Shown here one piece after another: positions 25,700-40,385 of a stretch of 64,000 nucleotides of DNA; position 1 is the first letter of the stretch, and each line of letters starts with the position of its first letter. The DNA is from Eledone cirrhosa. Taxonomy: Eukaryota. The stretch lies in the NCBI GenBank assembly GCA_964016885.1, contig OZ024740.1:235414001-235478000 (forward strand). The letters are read 5' to 3'. Below the pieces are notes generated by a model. The model was not told the DNA's origin. It saw only the letters and a list, made by a program, of their open reading frames with translations, and made no database searches. The position numbers were made by a program, and so were the translations under genes.

Positions 25700-27075
25700 T
25701 TGCCTTCGTTGATGCCTGCCAAAGCAACATGAACAATTTCAACTTTCTCATTCAGGCCAAACTTGCTACTCTCTGCTTCCTCCGAAACTGTGATGATCTC
25801 GTCATCAAACCGGTAGACAAGGGTAGTGCCATGGTGGTGTGGTGCATTGACAGCTTTGTAACCCTCCTCTTCTACAGTCTCTTCTCCTCCGATCCCTCCC
25901 CTCAAAACCAGCCACAAGTATCCTCTATTATCCTCACACCATCACCAACCTCATCGTCTGCATATCACGCATCCCACCACCTATTTCCTCCCCAAAATCC
26001 ACAAGCCCGTTGCCCCTGGCTGCCCCATCGACTCTCCCTGCATAGCCTACATGCCCTTCAACACTTCCTTGATATTCGCCTCTCCCCTCTACCCTTCACC
26101 CTCAACTGCTTTTTCTTCTTGGGTGAGTTCTACCAACAGGTTACTGAGATGACCAAGGGCACAAGAATGGGCCCTAACTACACCAACCTATTCGTCGGTC
26201 ATGTTGAGGACCAAATCTTTGCTCAATATACTGGCCCTATCCCTGAGCTATATGGCCATTACATCTACATCTCCATCACCTCCCTTAACTTCCTGGACAT
26301 CTCCATCTCCGACCCCTCACATTGCTCTCTCATTACCTCTACCTTCTTGACACCCACTCACTCCCACTCATACCTCACTTTCACCCACACCAAACACAAA
26401 CACTCCATTGCCTACTCCCAATTTCTATGACTCTGTCACCTATGCAGCTGAACTGAGGACTTCTTGGTTCAGGCCTTTTATTTGGCTGGCTACTTCACTC
26501 GGAGAGGTTACTCCCTCCCTTGTCCACCCGGCTCTCACCTGCTCCTGTGCCATCCATCACACCACCGCCTTCAGACCCCTCCACCTCTACCATCTTCCCC
26601 CTCGCACCCCCTTCTTCAAGCATGCATGCAACCTTTGGAATCTCCTTGTCTGTAGCTCCCTTCCTCCCCTGCTCTTGATCCCATTGCCACACGTGCCCTC
26701 ACATCACCAACACCACTACTTCCATGGGCCCAATGGCCAATCCCTCCGTATCTGGCACTCCTTCCGCTGCACCTCCTCCAGCCTTGTCTATGGACTCCAT
26801 TGCACATTGTGTGGAGCTGCCTACATCGGACAGACAGGAAGGCAATTGGCAAACCGGTTTGCCAACTTCCAGGACATCTGGCTCCGCAGCTGGTCACCAG
26901 TTGACCGACACTTCCGCTCCAACAGACACCTCACCCACAACCTTTCTGTCTCTGGCCTTATTGTGTGCTCCGGAGATCCGGCATCACACCTTAGACTTGA
27001 GGAGCAGCACACGATTTTCCTTCTGACCCTGGACTGGTAACAAATTAAACTCGCCACACTTCTTCCTTTAGCTCC
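25700..27075 (+). pseudogene. Degenerate Penelope-like element (Neptune-like RT + GIY-YIG)
   Basis: VIKPVDKG, FYQQ...GTRMGPNYTNLFVG, LNFLDISI, SIAYSQFL, then FRCTSSSLVYGLHCTLC..YIGQTGR.L..RF; many deletions. Confidence 0.8.
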
Positions 27076-27519
27076 CTATACACACATACCCCTACACACT
27101 CCACACACTCCATCCCTTCAACACCCACCCACACACATACACCCATCACTCCCTTACCCCCCCCCCCCCCCCCCCCCCAGCTCCCACTAATCTACTAACA
27201 TACCACCCACCCCTACCAACCAACAACACTACTAACCCCCCTCTACCTTTCCACTCCACCCTCCACACAACACACACACACACAAACATACACACTCACA
27301 TACATAGAAACATGAGAATAAGTCACACACGCACATACTCACACGCACACACTAACAGTTCACTGTCCCTCCTTTTGACCCTCCCTTCACCCCCTCTACC
27401 TCACTAACATATTCACTGACAACCCCCCCCACCCCACTAGCAACACTAACCCCTCCGCATCCCACCTTCATCCATCATCCTTCACTCCCCACCACCATAC
27501 AAACCTTGATCCCTACCAC

Positions 27520-27856
27520 TGAAGACCCCCTTCCATCATGAATGACCATGTGATTTGCACCTAGAAAGCCCCCTCTGAGGCACAAGCCTGGGCAAGGTTT
27601 GTTTTGTGGAAGACCAGCAGTCGTCCATGCGTACCAGACTCCCCTCTCTTCACGCCTCTGATGATGTCCAAGGGAAAGGCAATGGCCGATACAGCTTGGC
27701 ACCAGTGACGTCACAACTCATTTCTACAGCTGAGTAAACTGGAGCAACATGAAATAAAGTGTCTTGCTCAAGGACACAACACATCACCCGGTCCGAGAAT
27801 CAAACTCACAACCTTTCGATTGCAAGCCCAATGATCTAACCACTAAGCCATGCACC
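27520..27856 (-). mobile_element. tRNA/CORE-like SINE with a different 3' body
   Basis: Same head and CORE-like block as family A, but the body reads gatttgcacctagaaagccccctctgaggcacaag. Confidence 0.7.
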
Positions 27857-28070
27857 ATCACCTCCCTACCACTACCACACCTACTACTAAACACACACTT
27901 ACACACACACACACCCTACCGCCACAGCCCCCTCCCAACTCACTTCTGGTCTGCTTGCACCACCAACTGACCCCATTCCCTCCACTTCCGCCCTCACCAA
28001 ACCTTCCTTGGCTTCGCTGTACCCATACTCGGCCACTGTTCTCTCCTGGATTTTACCTGTATACTCCAAC

Positions 28071-28985
28071 GCACACACACATGGACATACCCATACATAA
28101 ACATACACACATCCACCCTCACACACATGGACATACCCATACATAAACATACACCTATACATACCCATACATAAACATACACACATCCACCCTCACACAC
28201 ATGGACATACCCATACATAAACATACACACATCCACCCTCACACACATGGACATACCCATACATAAACATACACACATCCACCCTCACACACCTATACAT
28301 ACCCATACATAAACATACACACATCCACCCTCACACACATGGACATACCCATACATAAACATACACACATCCACCCTCACACACATGGACATACCCATAC
28401 ATAAACATACACACATCCACCCTCACACACCTATACATACCCATACATAAACATACACACATCCGCCCTCACACACCTATACATACCCATACATAAACAT
28501 ACACACATCCGCCCTCACACACCTATACATACCCATACATAAACAAACACACATCCACCCTCACACACCTATACATACCCATACATAAACATACACACAT
28601 CCACCCTCACACACCTATACATACCCATACATAAACATACACACATCCGCCCTCACACACCTATACATACCCATACATAAACATACACACATCCGCCCTC
28701 ACACACCTATACATACCCATACATAAACAAACACACATCCACCCTCACACACCTATACATACCCATACATAAACATACACACATCCACCCTCACACACCT
28801 ATACATGCCCATACATAAACATACACACATCCACCCTCACACACCTATACATACCCATACATAAACATACACACATCCACCCTCACACACCTATACATAC
28901 CCATACATAAACATACACACATCCACCCTCACACACCTATACATACCCATACATAAACATACACACATCCACCCTCACACACATG
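28071..28985. repeat. 46-bp minisatellite (~20 copies)
   Basis: Unit cacacacctatacatacccatacataaacatacacacatccaccct; period 46 (28231, 28277, 28323). Confidence 0.92.
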
Positions 28986-29364
28986 TACATAATATATTTT
29001 AGCTACTGACCAAACACAACTATAACACATGGATACAAGCATACGTGCAATCTTCCGACACACACACACACACACTAAATTACACACTCACATATGTAAA
29101 AACTATAGAAACATCACATACACACCAATGGACACACAGATATACCCAAACAAATACACACACACACAAAAGCTTCTCTCTACAGATAATACATAGCTTC
29201 CAACACAGACATATTCACACACATATGTACACTCTCACTCAGGCTATCTATCTATCTGTATGTCTGTTACTCTGTCTAAACATGTATACACACATACATA
29301 CACACTCACTCGGGCCATCTATCTATCTGTCTATCTATCTATCTATCTGTCTATCTGTCTATCT

Positions 29365-30100
29365 AACTTCCAGAGGTCCCTGGCCTGGCAGTGCTACCAA
29401 GGAGCTCTACCGGTTCGTGACAAGATCTACAGGCACGGTGCCCCAGCAGGGATCCTTCCAAGAGGACGTGTCCAAGATGCGCGCAGGACATTGAAACAGT
29501 CCTGCACGCAATTTTACACTGCCCGGGCGTAAGCGACCTGTGGAACTATGCAGAACAACTGCTGTCGCGTATGGGACAAATCCAGTTGACTGCCGAGTCC
29601 ATAGTAAGGATCAAACCGCCAGCCTCTTTCAAAAACGAAAGAGAGGCGGTTTTCCTCTGTACGGTGGCTATGTTGAAAGAAGTTATATGGTTGACGAGAT
29701 TGAGAGGACTGAGGACAGATACCTTTCTCTCCGGACAACAATTGATTCCCTTCTTTAAGTATCACTTTAGAAGGAGAATTAGAATGGAGAGAGAGGCACT
29801 GCACCCCAGTAAATTTACTGAAAGGTGGGTGGATGAAGCGAAAATGGCCTGAGTGATTGGGCCTTCTCTGTATATAAGCCTGCAAGGTTGAAGAAGGGAG
29901 CATGCACAACACGCTCCTGGAGTTGAGGGTTGTTTTATCGACGGGGCATTAAACAACCCATTTGTGGCGCCTCCCCCCTATTGGGGATTTCGATTTGTGT
30001 AATTGTTTGTTTTTATATTTTTTACACGATTGTATGTAAAATCCCCGGCATGTCTTTGTATTGTCCCCTTTTCTTGTGTGCCCTTGTGGCTAATAAAGAA
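29365..30100 (+). mobile_element. L1/Tx1-clade LINE 3' fragment
   Basis: FQRSLAWQCYQGALPVRDK, then (frameshifted) CPRCAQDIETVLHAILHCP CCHC knuckle, T-rich 3' UTR ending aataaagaaa. Confidence 0.75.
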
Positions 30101-30234
30101 ATATATCTCTTTATCTGTATGTCTGTTACTCTCTCTAGACATATACATACACATACATACACACTCACTTGGGCCATCTATCTATCTGTCTGTCTATCTA
30201 TCAGATATCTATTTATATGGCTGTTACTCTGTCT

Positions 30235-30431
30235 ATTCAATTCAATTCAATTCAATTCAATATATTTGGCAGAAATTAAAACATAGATGCTTCAGATGCC
30301 ATGTAAGGAGGGGAGGGGTGCAAAATTTACACAGTTCGAAACACAGTGGTCCAACGCCGGTCCAATTTCGCCTTGAATTGTTGCGTGGTTGACGCGTTGA
30401 CTACTTCTTCTGGAAGCCGATTCCAGGGCCC
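30235..30431 (-). mobile_element. CR1/L2-group LINE 3' fragment with (TTGAA)n tail
   Basis: Minus strand encodes PWNRLPEEVVNASTTQQFKAKLD. Confidence 0.7.
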
Positions 30432-32050
30432 TACTTTGTTATGTCATCTTTCTATTTATGTAAACTACCTGTGCACGTGTCTGTTTTTATTTTCATCTAT
30501 CAATCCATGTGACTGTCTGTTTCTCCTCCTCCCCCTCCACCTCCTCCTCCTACCCTCCTCTTCCTCCTCCTACCCCCTCCTCCTACCCCCTCCTCTTCCT
30601 CCTCCTCCTACCCCACTCCTCTTCCTCCTCTTTCTTCCTCTTCTTCCTGGGAGGGTTGTGGGGGTAGAATTCTGAAACACGCCTTCCAAAGGTCTTGTCT
30701 GAAGCAGCCATCTCCTATTGACCTGGCTGTATCCCCAAGCAAGATCACCCAAGTTCTTGGATGTTATCCAACCATCTTGATTGGGGTCTACCTTTGGGTC
30801 TCTTGCTTGTTGGTTTTGCCTGAGACATTCTAACCACATGTCCATAATATCGGAGTTGTGATCTCTTAATTTGGAGAAGTATTGGCTCTACTTGGAGCGA
30901 CTCTCTGATTTCCGAGCAACACACTCCATCTGGAGTGAATCAGTCTCTTCATCTGTCTATCTATTTGTCTATATCTTTTTATGTAACTAAATTATATTTG
31001 TGTATCTAATCTATATTAAATGTGTGACAAATAACTGTGATGTTGGGTGACATGCTGTACTGGAGAAGACCAGCCTATCACTACAAGATGCTCTTTATTT
31101 TCTGCTATAGTATCTACTCTGGCCACTTCTGTGTGGATGTGACATTTCCTGTCTTAATTGTTCATACTCTACTACCACACCACCACTCTTCAGTAACTAC
31201 TCTCATCACTGTACCCCCCCTCCACTTTATCCCTGATCATTTCCATCCCTTACTCTGTTAAATCCCACTGCACTTGTTATAACTCTTTAGTAGTTATTGT
31301 AACCATTATTGAACACGCCATTCTATCCTTGAACACTCGCACCCTTTAATCTCCCTCACTTTACCCTGTTAAATCTGATCACACTTGTCATATACATGAC
31401 AACATATTTGTCATCCTTCCTTATCCACTCTCCCCAACTTATTGTCACACACCCATGACTTCATGCTTGACACCCTTCTCTTCCCCACCCTCCAGTTCTT
31501 TCACTTTAAACACAGCTCTCTTGGGGCAAGGCACCCTACTTCCTCATAGTGCAAGAGGGCTCTTCAGTTGAGTCAATAACCGCAAGTTTCCATCGTGTTG
31601 GTGTCACAATAATATATACCCACTTTCATCCACTGTTAAGTGGTTGTGTAGGTGACATGACAAAAAGCACCCAGTCCACACTGCAGAGTGGTCATGTAGG
31701 AGTCACAGTAAAAAGTCTCCCAGTCCACACTGTAAATGTGGTTGGTGTTAGGAAAGGCATCCAGCTGTAGAAAACCTGCCAGAAACAGTTCTGTACGAGT
31801 AAGACACAATCCCCCGACCAATCTTGCTTCAAGTAGGACAAAACCGTCCAACCCATGCTAGCGTAGAAGATGTACGCTAAACGATGATGATGATAATATA
31901 TATATATATATATATATATACATATTCAACTGCTGTGTCCAAACCTCCAATCACATATTCAGCTCTTTTTTATTATTGTGATTATCATCATATACTCTGT
32001 ATATGGATGGCATGGGTGGCATGGGCTAGAACAAATAGTACTTTCATAAT

Positions 32051-32233
32051 TGTTTCTACTTTAGGCACAAGGCCAGCAATTACCCAGTGCATTACTGGTA
32101 CTTTATTTTATCGACCCCGTAAGGATGGAAGGCAAAGTTAACCTCTGCGGGACTTGAATTCAGATCGTAAAGGGACGTAACTATGCTGGAAAGCATGGCG
32201 TCCAACCCTCTACTGATACTGCCAATCCACCGC
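32051..32233 (-). mobile_element. SINE family B with 17-bp TSD
   Basis: aatagtactttcataat at 32034-32050 and 32234-32250. Confidence 0.88.
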
Positions 32234-32859
32234 AATAGTACTTTCATAATGCATTATATACGCATGCACTACAGAAAAACTACACAGTTCACTATAGTAC
32301 TTTTATATATACATGCACATATACACATACACACACACACACGTTTGCATGCATGCACGTATATATGGATAGATGTATTTACATGTATATAGCTCTCCAT
32401 GTTTCTATCTATCTATCTATCCATCTATCTTTCCATCTATCTATCTACTTGGTATATCTATCTTTTCTTATCTACCCTACTCCAGTTTCCAATTCTTCAG
32501 CCATATATTCTTTCTATACATTTTCCAAGCCTCATGTTTTTGTCTTAGAATCTTTCTCTTCATTTCTGCTACTCACTCCACATCTATCTCTCTACTCTTT
32601 TTGTTGATTCACCTCGCTGTTCTTCCCTCTCCCCATCCACTTTCTCTCATCTCAGACTCCTTCTCATACCCCTTCACTATGATCTTCCCAGCTGTAGTTA
32701 ATAACAAATAATAACAACAGCTACTTTACCACCACCACCACTACTGCTACCACCATTACAATAGCACATAATGCATGTTGGCATCACACTACCACTGGCT
32801 CTAATATCATCATCATTATCATCACCATATTACCATTATAACAATTGCACCAAAACATT

Positions 32860-35800
32860 AACACTGCCACCCCAACACCACTGTCACACCAACAGCAACA
32901 CCACTGCCACCCCAACAGCAACACCACTGCAACTGCAACACCACTGCCACACCAACACCACTGCCACCCAAACACCAATGCCACACCAACACCACTGCCA
33001 CCCAAACAACAATGCCACACCAACACCACTGCCACACCAACACCACTGCCACTCCAACACCACTGCCACTCCAACACCACTGTCACTCCAACACTACTGC
33101 CACACCAACACCACTGTCACTCCAACACCACTGTCACTCCAACACCACTGTCACTCCAACACTACTGCCACACCAACACCACTGCCACACCAACACCACT
33201 GTCACTCCAACACTACTGCCACACCAACACCACTGTCACACCAACACCACTGCCACCCCAACACTACTGCCACACCAACACCACTGTCACTCCAACACTA
33301 CTGCCACCCCAACACCACTGACACCCCAACACCACTGTCACTCCAACACCACTGCCACTCCAACACCACTGTCACTCCAACACCACTGCCACACCAACAC
33401 CACTGTCACACCAACACCACTGCCACACCAACACCACTGCCACTCCAACACCACTGTCACTCCAACACCACTGCCACACCAACACCACTGCCACTCCAAC
33501 ACCACTGCCACTCCAACACCACTGCCACACCAACACCACTGTCACACCAACACCACTGCCACACCAACACCACTGCCACTCCAACACCACTGTCACTCCA
33601 ACACCACTGCCACTCCAACACCACTGTCACTCCAACACCACTGCCACTCCAACACCACTGCCACACCAACACCACTGTCACACCAACACCACTGCCACAC
33701 CAACACCACTGCCACTCCAACACCACTGTCACTCCAACACCACTGCCACTCCAACACCACTGTCACTCCAACACTACTGCCACACCAACACCACTGCCAC
33801 ACCAACACCACTGCCACACCAACACCACTGTCACTCCAACACCACTGCCACACCAACACCACTGCCACTCCAACACCACTGTCACTCCAACACCACTGCC
33901 ACACCAACACCACTGTCACTCCAACACTACTGCCACACCAACACCACTGTCACACCAACACCACTGTCACACCAACACCACTGCTACACCAACACCACTG
34001 CCACACCAACACCACTGCCACACCAACACCACTGTCACACCAACACCACTGCCACACCAACACCACTGCAACACCAACACCACTGCCACACCAACACCAC
34101 TGTCACACCAACACCACTGTCACACCAACACCACTGTCACACCAACACCACTGCCACACCAACACCACTGTCACTCCAACACCACTGCCACACCAACACC
34201 ACTGTCACACCAACACCACTGTCACACCAACACCACTGCCACACCAACACCACTGTCACTCCAACACTACTGCCACACCAACACCACTGCCACACCAACA
34301 CTACTGCCACACCAACACCACTGTCACTCCAACACTACTGCCACACCAACACCACTGTCACACCAACACCACTGTTACTCCAACACTACTGCCACACCAA
34401 CACCACTGTCACACCAACACCACTGTCACTCCAACACTACTGCCACACCAACACCACTGTCACACCAACACCACTGTCACACCAACACCACTGCCACACC
34501 AACACCACTGTCACTCCAACACCACTGTTACCCCAACACCACTGTCACCTCAACACCACTGTCACACTAACACCACTGCCACACCAACACCACTGTCACT
34601 CCAACACCACTGTCACTCCAACACTACTGCCACACCAACACCACTGTCACACCAACACTACTGCCACACCAACACCACTGTCACTCCAACACCACTGACA
34701 CACCAACACCACTGTCACACCAACACCACTGTCACACCAACACCACTGCCACACCAACACCACTGTCACTCCAACACTACTGCCACACCAACACCACTGC
34801 CACACCAACACTACTGCCACACCAACACCACTGTCACTCCAACACTACTGCCACACCAACACCACTGTCACACCAACACCACTGTCACTCCAACACCACT
34901 GCCACACCAACACCACTGTCACACCAACACCACTGTCACACCAACACCACTGCCACACCAACACCACTGTCACTCCAACACTACTGCCACACCAACACCA
35001 CTGTCACTCCAACACTACTGCCACACCAACACCACTGTCACACCAACACCACTGTTACTCCAACACTACTGCCACACCAACACCACTGTCACACCAACAC
35101 CACTGTCACTCCAACACTACTGCCACACCAACACCACTGTCACACCAACACCACTGTCACACCAACACCACTGCCACACCAACACCACTGTCACTCCAAC
35201 ACCACTGTTACCCCAACACCACTGTCACCTCAACACCACTGTCACACTAACACCACTGCCACACCAACACCACTGTCACTCCAACACCACTGTCACTCCA
35301 ACACTACTGCCACACCAACACCACTGTCACACCAACACTACTGCCACACCAACACCACTGTCACTCCAACACCACTGACACACCAACACCACTGTCACAC
35401 CAACACCACTGTCACACCAACACCACTGCCACACCAACACCACTGTCACTCCAACACTACTGCCACACCAACACCACTGCCACACCAACACTACTGCCAC
35501 ACCAACACCACTGTCACTCCAACACTACTGCCACACCAACACCACTGTCACACCAACACCACTGTCACTCCAACACCACTGCCACACCAACACCACTGTC
35601 ACACCAACACCACTGTCACACCAACACCACTGCCACACCAACACCACTGTCACTCCAACACTACTGCCACACCAACACCACTGTCACACCAACACCACTG
35701 TTACTCCAACACTACTGCCACACCAACACCACTGTCACACCAACACCACTGTTACTCCAACACCACTGCCACACCAACACCACTGTCACTCCAACACTAC

Positions 35801-36277
35801 TGCCACACCAACACCACTGTCACACCAACACCACTGTTACTCCAACACTACTGCCACACCAACACCACTGTCACTCCAACACCACTGCCACCCCAACACT
35901 ACTGCCACACCAACACTACTGCCACACCAACACTACTGCCACACCAAGACCACCGCCACACCAACACCACTGCCACACCAACGCCACTGCCACCCCAACA
36001 CCACTGCCACCCCAACACTACTGCCACACCAACACTACTGCCACACCAACACTACTGCCACACCAAGACCACCGCCACACCAATACCACTGCCACACCAA
36101 CGCCACTGCCACACTAACACCACCGACACTCCAACACCACCACCACACCAACACCACTGCCACACCAGCACCACCGACACTCCAACACCACTGCCACCTC
36201 AACACCACTGCCACCCCAACACCGGTGCCACTCCAGCACCACCACTGCCACACCAACACCAACACCACTGCTACCAT
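32860..36277. repeat. 17-bp tandem array (caccactgYcacWccaa)n, ~200 copies
   Basis: Direct reading; edges are degenerate and the core is homogeneous. Confidence 0.96.
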
Positions 36278-36526
36278 CTCTAGGGCAGTGATAGTGAGGC
36301 AGTGAAGTATATAGTTATATTACAATTAGTTGGTTGTGATGGGAAGGTGTTAACACTAATACTTAAAAAACTAACTCCCCACTCTATACCCTCTGCTATA
36401 TAATATATTCATCTACACCTTCACCTTGTCACACACTTTTGTTTTTTTTTACTAGCAAACACTCACTAACATATACGTACATGCAACTGTACACACATAT
36501 TTACACCTTTTCCACACACACATATT

Positions 36527-36707
36527 GCGCTGGAACCCTGACTCCAGCCTGACTAGGAGTAGGAAGCTGTCATTCCCTGACTTTATCTCTAGGGATACAG
36601 GAATCAGTAGACAGGACCTGGGGGCGGCAATGGGGAACAGGGAATTCTGGGGCATGAGAGTGAGATCCATCATCTCGACAGTAGTCGACGAATGATGATG
36701 ATGATGA
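36527..36707 (+). mobile_element. RTE/RTEX-like LINE 3' fragment
   Basis: RWNP...FPDFISRDTG...DLGAAMGNREFW...* followed by (GAT)n. Confidence 0.65.
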
Positions 36708-36779
36708 TATATATATATATATATAATTAATCAATCGTTTGGCTAGCAGCATCTTATGAAAACTTGTACATCTCATATG

Positions 36780-36857
36780 TATTTTATCTGAAGAAGACAT
36801 GTTCTCGTTTATGTTATACATAAAACTTTGCATCTTCGAAATATATATAATGAAATA
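36780..36857 (+). ncRNA. Minimal type I hammerhead ribozyme, same family as 8924-8988 and 48794-48859
   Basis: tattttat-CTGAAGA-agacatg...catcttc-GAAA-tatatat-A-atgaaata. Confidence 0.7.
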
Positions 36858-36892
36858 AATAGAGATAATATAAAGTATATATCTTTCGTTTA

Positions 36893-37070
36893 TGGCAGTA
36901 TCGGTAGAGGGTCGGACGCCATGCTTTCCAGCAGAGTTACGTCCCTTTACGATCTGAGTTCAAATCCCGCCGAGGTTGACTTTGCCTTTCATCCTTACGG
37001 GGTCGATAAAATAAAGTACCAGTAATGCACTGGGTAATTGCTGGCCTTGTGCCTAAAGTAGAAACAATTA
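36893..37070 (+). mobile_element. SINE family B
   Basis: ggcagtatcggtagag...gagttcaaatcccgccgagg...gtagaaacaatt. Confidence 0.85.
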
Positions 37071-37084
37071 CTATTATATATATA

Positions 37085-37822
37085 TGAAGGTGCATGGCTT
37101 AGTAGTTAGAGCATTGGACTTGCAATCAAAAGGTTGTGAGTTCAATTCTCAGACCGGGTGTCAGACCGGGTGATGTGTTGTTTCCTTGAGCAAGACACTT
37201 TAATGGAGGCACATGGCTTAGTAGTTAGAGCATTGGGCTTGCAATCGAAAGGTTGTGAGTTCAATTCTCAGACCGGGTGTCAGACCGGGTGATGTGTTGT
37301 TTCCTTGAGCAAGACACTTTAATAAAGGCACATGGCTTAGTGGTTAGAGCATTGGGCTTGCAATCGAAAGGTTGTGAGTTCAATTCTCAGACCGGGTGTC
37401 AGACCGGGTGATGTGTTGTTTCCTTGAGCAAGACACTTTAATGAAGGCACATGGCTTAGTGGTTAGAGCATTGGGCTTGCAATCGAAAGGTTGTGAGTTC
37501 AATTCTCAGACCAGGTGATGTGTTGTTTCCTTGAGCAAGACGCTTTATTTCACATTACTCCAGTTTACTCAGCTGTAGAAATGAGATGATAGGGACTGGG
37601 GTCCATATCACTCCACTGTAAAGTGGACGTGGAGGTGCCACTGCAAAAAAGCATCCAGCCCACACTGTAAAGTGGACGTGTAGGCACCACGTAAAAAAGT
37701 ACCCAGCACTCACTGTAAATGAGGTTGGTGTTAGGAAGGGCATCCAGCTGTAGAAATCAAGCCAGAATCAGTTCCCGTCCCACCCTTGCAAGCAAGCAGA
37801 GAAAAGCGGACGTAAAATGAAA
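37085..37822 (+). mobile_element. SINE family A preceded by three extra tandem tRNA-head units (~119 bp)
   Basis: tggcttagtRgttagagc...gagttcaattctcag...caagacacttt repeated four times; only the last copy continues into the body and tail. Confidence 0.9.
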
Positions 37823-38349
37823 AAAAAAAAAATATATATATACATATTTGTTTTGCAAGGTTTATATAACTATATGTATATATACACACATATATATCAT
37901 CATCATCATCATCAGTGTTTTAATGTCCTCTTTCCCTGCTAACAAGGGTTGAACAGGTCTACATAGACCCAGTCAGTACTAAAGGGGAGCTGGTAATCTC
38001 CCAGGCAAGCCAGAGATCTGTGTCTTGCTTTATGTATGGCCGATGCTCCACAGTGCACAGACGAGGTTGTCATGTCTTTGAAACAACTAATGGTCCTCCT
38101 GACCCTTTTCTAAGGCAAAAATTCCTATGACTGGATGCCCTGCCTACCACCAACCACTTTACAGCGTGTACTGGGTGTGTTTATTGTGTAGATCACCAAT
38201 ACCAGAGAGCCTGACATGTTCTTGACATGGCTGAAGGAGCCTTTGTCTGGCAAGCTTTCTACGGCAGGATGAGGTCGATTTAATCAACTTTACCCTTCCC
38301 CAAAATTGTTGGCTTTGTACCTAAAGCAGAAACCATTATTATTATTATT

Positions 38350-39745
38350 GCTCTGTCATGCAGTGCAGATGGATACTGCACCAGGGTATTTAGTCATCTG
38401 TCAAGTCGCAACAAGGACCTCATACATAATGCTTTCTCCAAAATGTGCACAGTACATAGCAAAGCCGCAAAGCCACCTTTTGTATGCCACCTAACCTGTA
38501 TGGTATTCCCAGTTGCTTTAAGGAGTTTTGTTGTTTGAATGGGATTATCCCTAATGCTCCAATCACAACTGATATCACTTACATATTACCCTCTCACATT
38601 CCAAATAGTCTTGCCAGCCCCACTTTCAATTCAGAGACTTGGTGATTTTTTCAATCTTCTTACTCGCAATATTCATGTCATTTGGTATGGCCAGTATGTG
38701 TCTTTCTTGTTCAATTTGACAACAATGTCCGGTCAGCGATTCTCAGTTACTCTATCAGTTTGAAAAATCATGATCCCAGAATATTGTTGCTTTCCCATCC
38801 TCCTGTATTACTTCACAAGGCACATGCTCATACCAATTCTCTACGACTTCATAATTGTTTTTTTTACGACACAAAAGCCAATGAAAGTATAGACAGACTT
38901 TATCATGGCAACACTTATGCTTTTTGCACAAGGCTCTCACATCCACTTACCAAGTGGGCCATATTTTCCACATTCTTTTCACAGAGTTTGCATTTCTGGG
39001 TTTTAGAAGTTTTGTAGATGTTATATCTCACTGAATTGGTAGCAAAGCTTGGTCTTGCATTGCAACTATAAGGCCTTCAGGGGCATGTTTCAAATCACTT
39101 TGCTTAAGCCATGTCCACCATGTTGTTTTATCCTTAATATCCTGTATATTTCTTTTAAATTGACCATGCATTCTCATTCCTAGAAGATCTCTTCTCTTCA
39201 GCTTTTTGGTTAAACTCTTCCTTACCAACTATTTCTACTGCCTTTATACCCATATCTCCTGCTGTGTATTGCAACAGCTCTTCATTACTGTTTACCAAAT
39301 ATTCTGCAACTGTTCTCCTTTCACTCCTCATACAATGATCCAATCTGATGACATCTCTGATACCATTCTTTCTCTTCATGTATAGTCTATTGATATTTGC
39401 TTTAGAGTATAAAGCTCTGTACAATGTCATTAACTTTCTTGTCTTTCTATCCAACTTTGCCATATCTTCTTCAGTCCACCTGAGAATAGACACACAATAT
39501 CTAACCACTGCAACTGCCCTGATATTCATTGCAGTGACCAGATTTCTTGCATTCAAGTTGGATTTTAAAATCATTTTTAGTATTTTTAAATATATCCCTC
39601 TAACCTTTTCTTTCATTTCTGTGTGCAAAATATAATCTAGCTCTAAGATCCCCAATATTTATAACCATTATTTTCAGATTCTCCCATGGATTCTCCTGAT
39701 GGGAGTCATAATCCACTACAAGCTGCTTCTTCCCTCTTTTCATAT
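38350..39745 (-). pseudogene. Degenerate R4/Dong-clade non-LTR retrotransposon (RT C-terminus + RLE endonuclease region)
   Basis: LDRKTRKLMT...RLYMKRKNG, MHGQF...W.WLK..DLK...EGLIVA.QDQAL, WYEHVP..V......IFWD; next to a (TAA)n run at ~38336-38349. Confidence 0.75.
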
Positions 39746-39914
39746 TGAGTACAGAGTCCCAAATTCCATGTTACATATTTTGTTTTTTATTTCTATTTGT
39801 TTGTTTTTTTTACACGCAGAGACCCATATTTTTTATTGTAAACCCTTTTGTGGTTAATAAAGAAAGCATTATTATTATTATTATTAGACAATATGCCCCC
39901 ACACCCCCCACCGC

Positions 39915-40385
39915 AAGGTGGTCGTGGAGGTGCCACGGCAAAAAAGCACCCAGCCCACACTGTAAAGTGGACGTGTAGGCGCCACGGAAAAAAGTACCCA
40001 GCACTCACTGTAAATGAGGTTGGTGTTAGGAAGGGCATCCAGCTGTAGAAATCAAGCCAAATCAGTTCCTGTATGAGCACGGCATGGTCAGCCGACCAGA
40101 CACTGCCCACAACAGGACAACCCATCTAACCCATGCTAGCGTGGAAGAACGGACGTAAAACGGTGATGATGATGATGATGATGATGATTAGGGCAGTGGA
40201 TAGGCAGTATCGAAAGGGGGTCGGACGTCATACTTTGTAGCATAGAGTTATGGCCCTTTATGATCTGAGCTCAAATCTCGCCGAGGTTAACTTTGCCTTT
40301 CATCCTCACAGGGTCGATAAAATAAAGTACCAGTAATGCTCTGGGTAATTGCTGGCATTGTGCCAAAAGTAGAAACAATTATTAT
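39915..40385 (+). mobile_element. Headless family A-type SINE body with (GAT)n tail followed by SINE family B
   Basis: Sequence match to the other copies in the window. Confidence 0.75.

Noticed and set aside
32771-35378. 599-aa and 788-aa His/Cys/Thr/Pro-rich ORFs resembling a mucin or metal-binding protein
   Set aside because: A 17-bp unit is not a multiple of three, so the same peptide appears in every frame; no unique domain or codon-position bias.
37085-37520. Cluster of tRNA genes
   Set aside because: A and B boxes are present, but there is no complete cloverleaf acceptor stem or poly-T terminator and the heads run into the SINE body.
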